A stretch of 63,201 bases of DNA, filler included, from Octopus bimaculoides (lineage: Eukaryota): NCBI RefSeq assembly GCF_001194135.2. It is 4 parts of 4 records of this genome, joined end to end, with 100 filler letters (N's around TTAATTAATTAA, not from the genome) between each part and the next. Parts side by side here need not be neighbours in the genome. Positions count along the whole stretch, not along the records: positions 52,109 to 63,201 come from NC_068986.1; 3 more parts are not named here. One strand, written 5' to 3'. Below are positions 62,225-63,201 of this stretch, in pieces. A program made the position numbers and the translations under genes. The notes under the pieces are model-generated. The model was given only the letters and a program-made list of their open reading frames with translations. It was not told where the DNA came from and did no database searches. Numbering within the stretch: the first letter of the stretch is position 1; every line of letters begins with the position of its first letter.

Positions 62225-63201
62225 CCACCGCCACTGCCACCACCACCGCCGTCATCTCAGCAACCACCGCCACCACCACTTCCACCAACACAATCACCAC
62301 TACTACAACCACCATCGGAATCTTGACCACTCACTACTACTACCACTACCACCACTAACACTACAACGCATACAACTGCCACCACCAGACCCCCAATCAA
62401 CACTATCATCTCCACACCTTAACACATGCGATAACGCTAACCTTACCCGTATCACCACTACAACTGCTGCCAATACTACCAATGCAGTCATGACCACCAT
62501 CCCCATCACCATCATCGCTTTCATCACCAACATCACAACTGCCACTACATCCATCACCACCGCTGCAACAACTACCATTGAGGCCTCAACCAATACAAAT
62601 AACCCCAGATACTACCACCAATGCCATCTTCCTCATCATCACCTCCGTCGACACCAGTAACACCTCTAACAGCACCGCCACCACAACTACAAGCGATACT
62701 ATAGCTCTACCACTGTTACTACCACCACCACAACCGCAAATACTAGCACCTATACGCTTCTAAATTACTACAATCACAGCTACCGCAAAAAACAATTTAG
62801 AATATATACTACAACGACAATAGCAACACTACAACCGTTACTATTATCCCCTTCATCATCACATACAGCCAACGCCGCCGCCACCACCATTACAAGAAAC
62901 AACTACAACCGCTACTGTAGCCATACCAGCATTGCCTCTACCACAGAAGCCAATACTAACTTCTCGACGCTATCACCAGCTTTACTAAGACTAGCGACAA
63001 CTACTGCCGCCTGAACAGCCAGCCACCACTGCTACAACCACCACCACTATCATTAGCACCATCACCACTACCACCACCACCACCACTACCACCACCACCA
63101 CCACTACCACCATCAACGCCACCACTACCACCATCACCACCACCATCACCACCACGATCACCACCATCACTACGACCATCACCACCACCACTACCACTAC
63201 C
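62225..63201. repeat. long degenerate (ACC)n/(ACT)n low-complexity tract
   Basis: Seen directly; frames are broken by stops. Confidence 0.85.

Overview
AT-rich, microsatellite- and SINE-dense metazoan DNA. The repeat families resemble those I know from octopus (coleoid cephalopod) genomes; this species assignment is an inference. There are no prokaryotic features, CRISPR arrays or bona fide rRNA/tRNA genes. The window is not contiguous: three identical 100-bp artificial spacers (44 N + TTAATTAATTAA + 44 N) split it into four segments (1-25499, 25600-35258, 35359-52008, 52109-63201). Main gene content: (i) segment 3 holds the 3' end of an intact ZNFX1 gene (end of the UPF1-like helicase, NF-X1 zinc fingers, RZ finger; minus strand). 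Downstream of it on the same strand is the first coding exon of what looks like a second, divergent ZNFX1, so probably a head-to-tail tandem pair with a CpG-retaining promoter-like zone between them. (ii) Segment 2 holds a minus-strand gene with a 915-nt Ser/Thr-rich mucin-like exon, possibly preceded by small Cys-containing, lectin-like exons. The rest is decayed mobile DNA (Penelope-like, CR1/L2-like, RTE, L1/Tx1, REL-endonuclease LINEs, a foldback mariner, Chapaev-like and Merlin-like transposases, a hAT MITE, many tRNA-derived SINEs) plus several hairpin-forming inverted repeats. Boundaries of decayed repeats are approximate and all alignments were done by eye.
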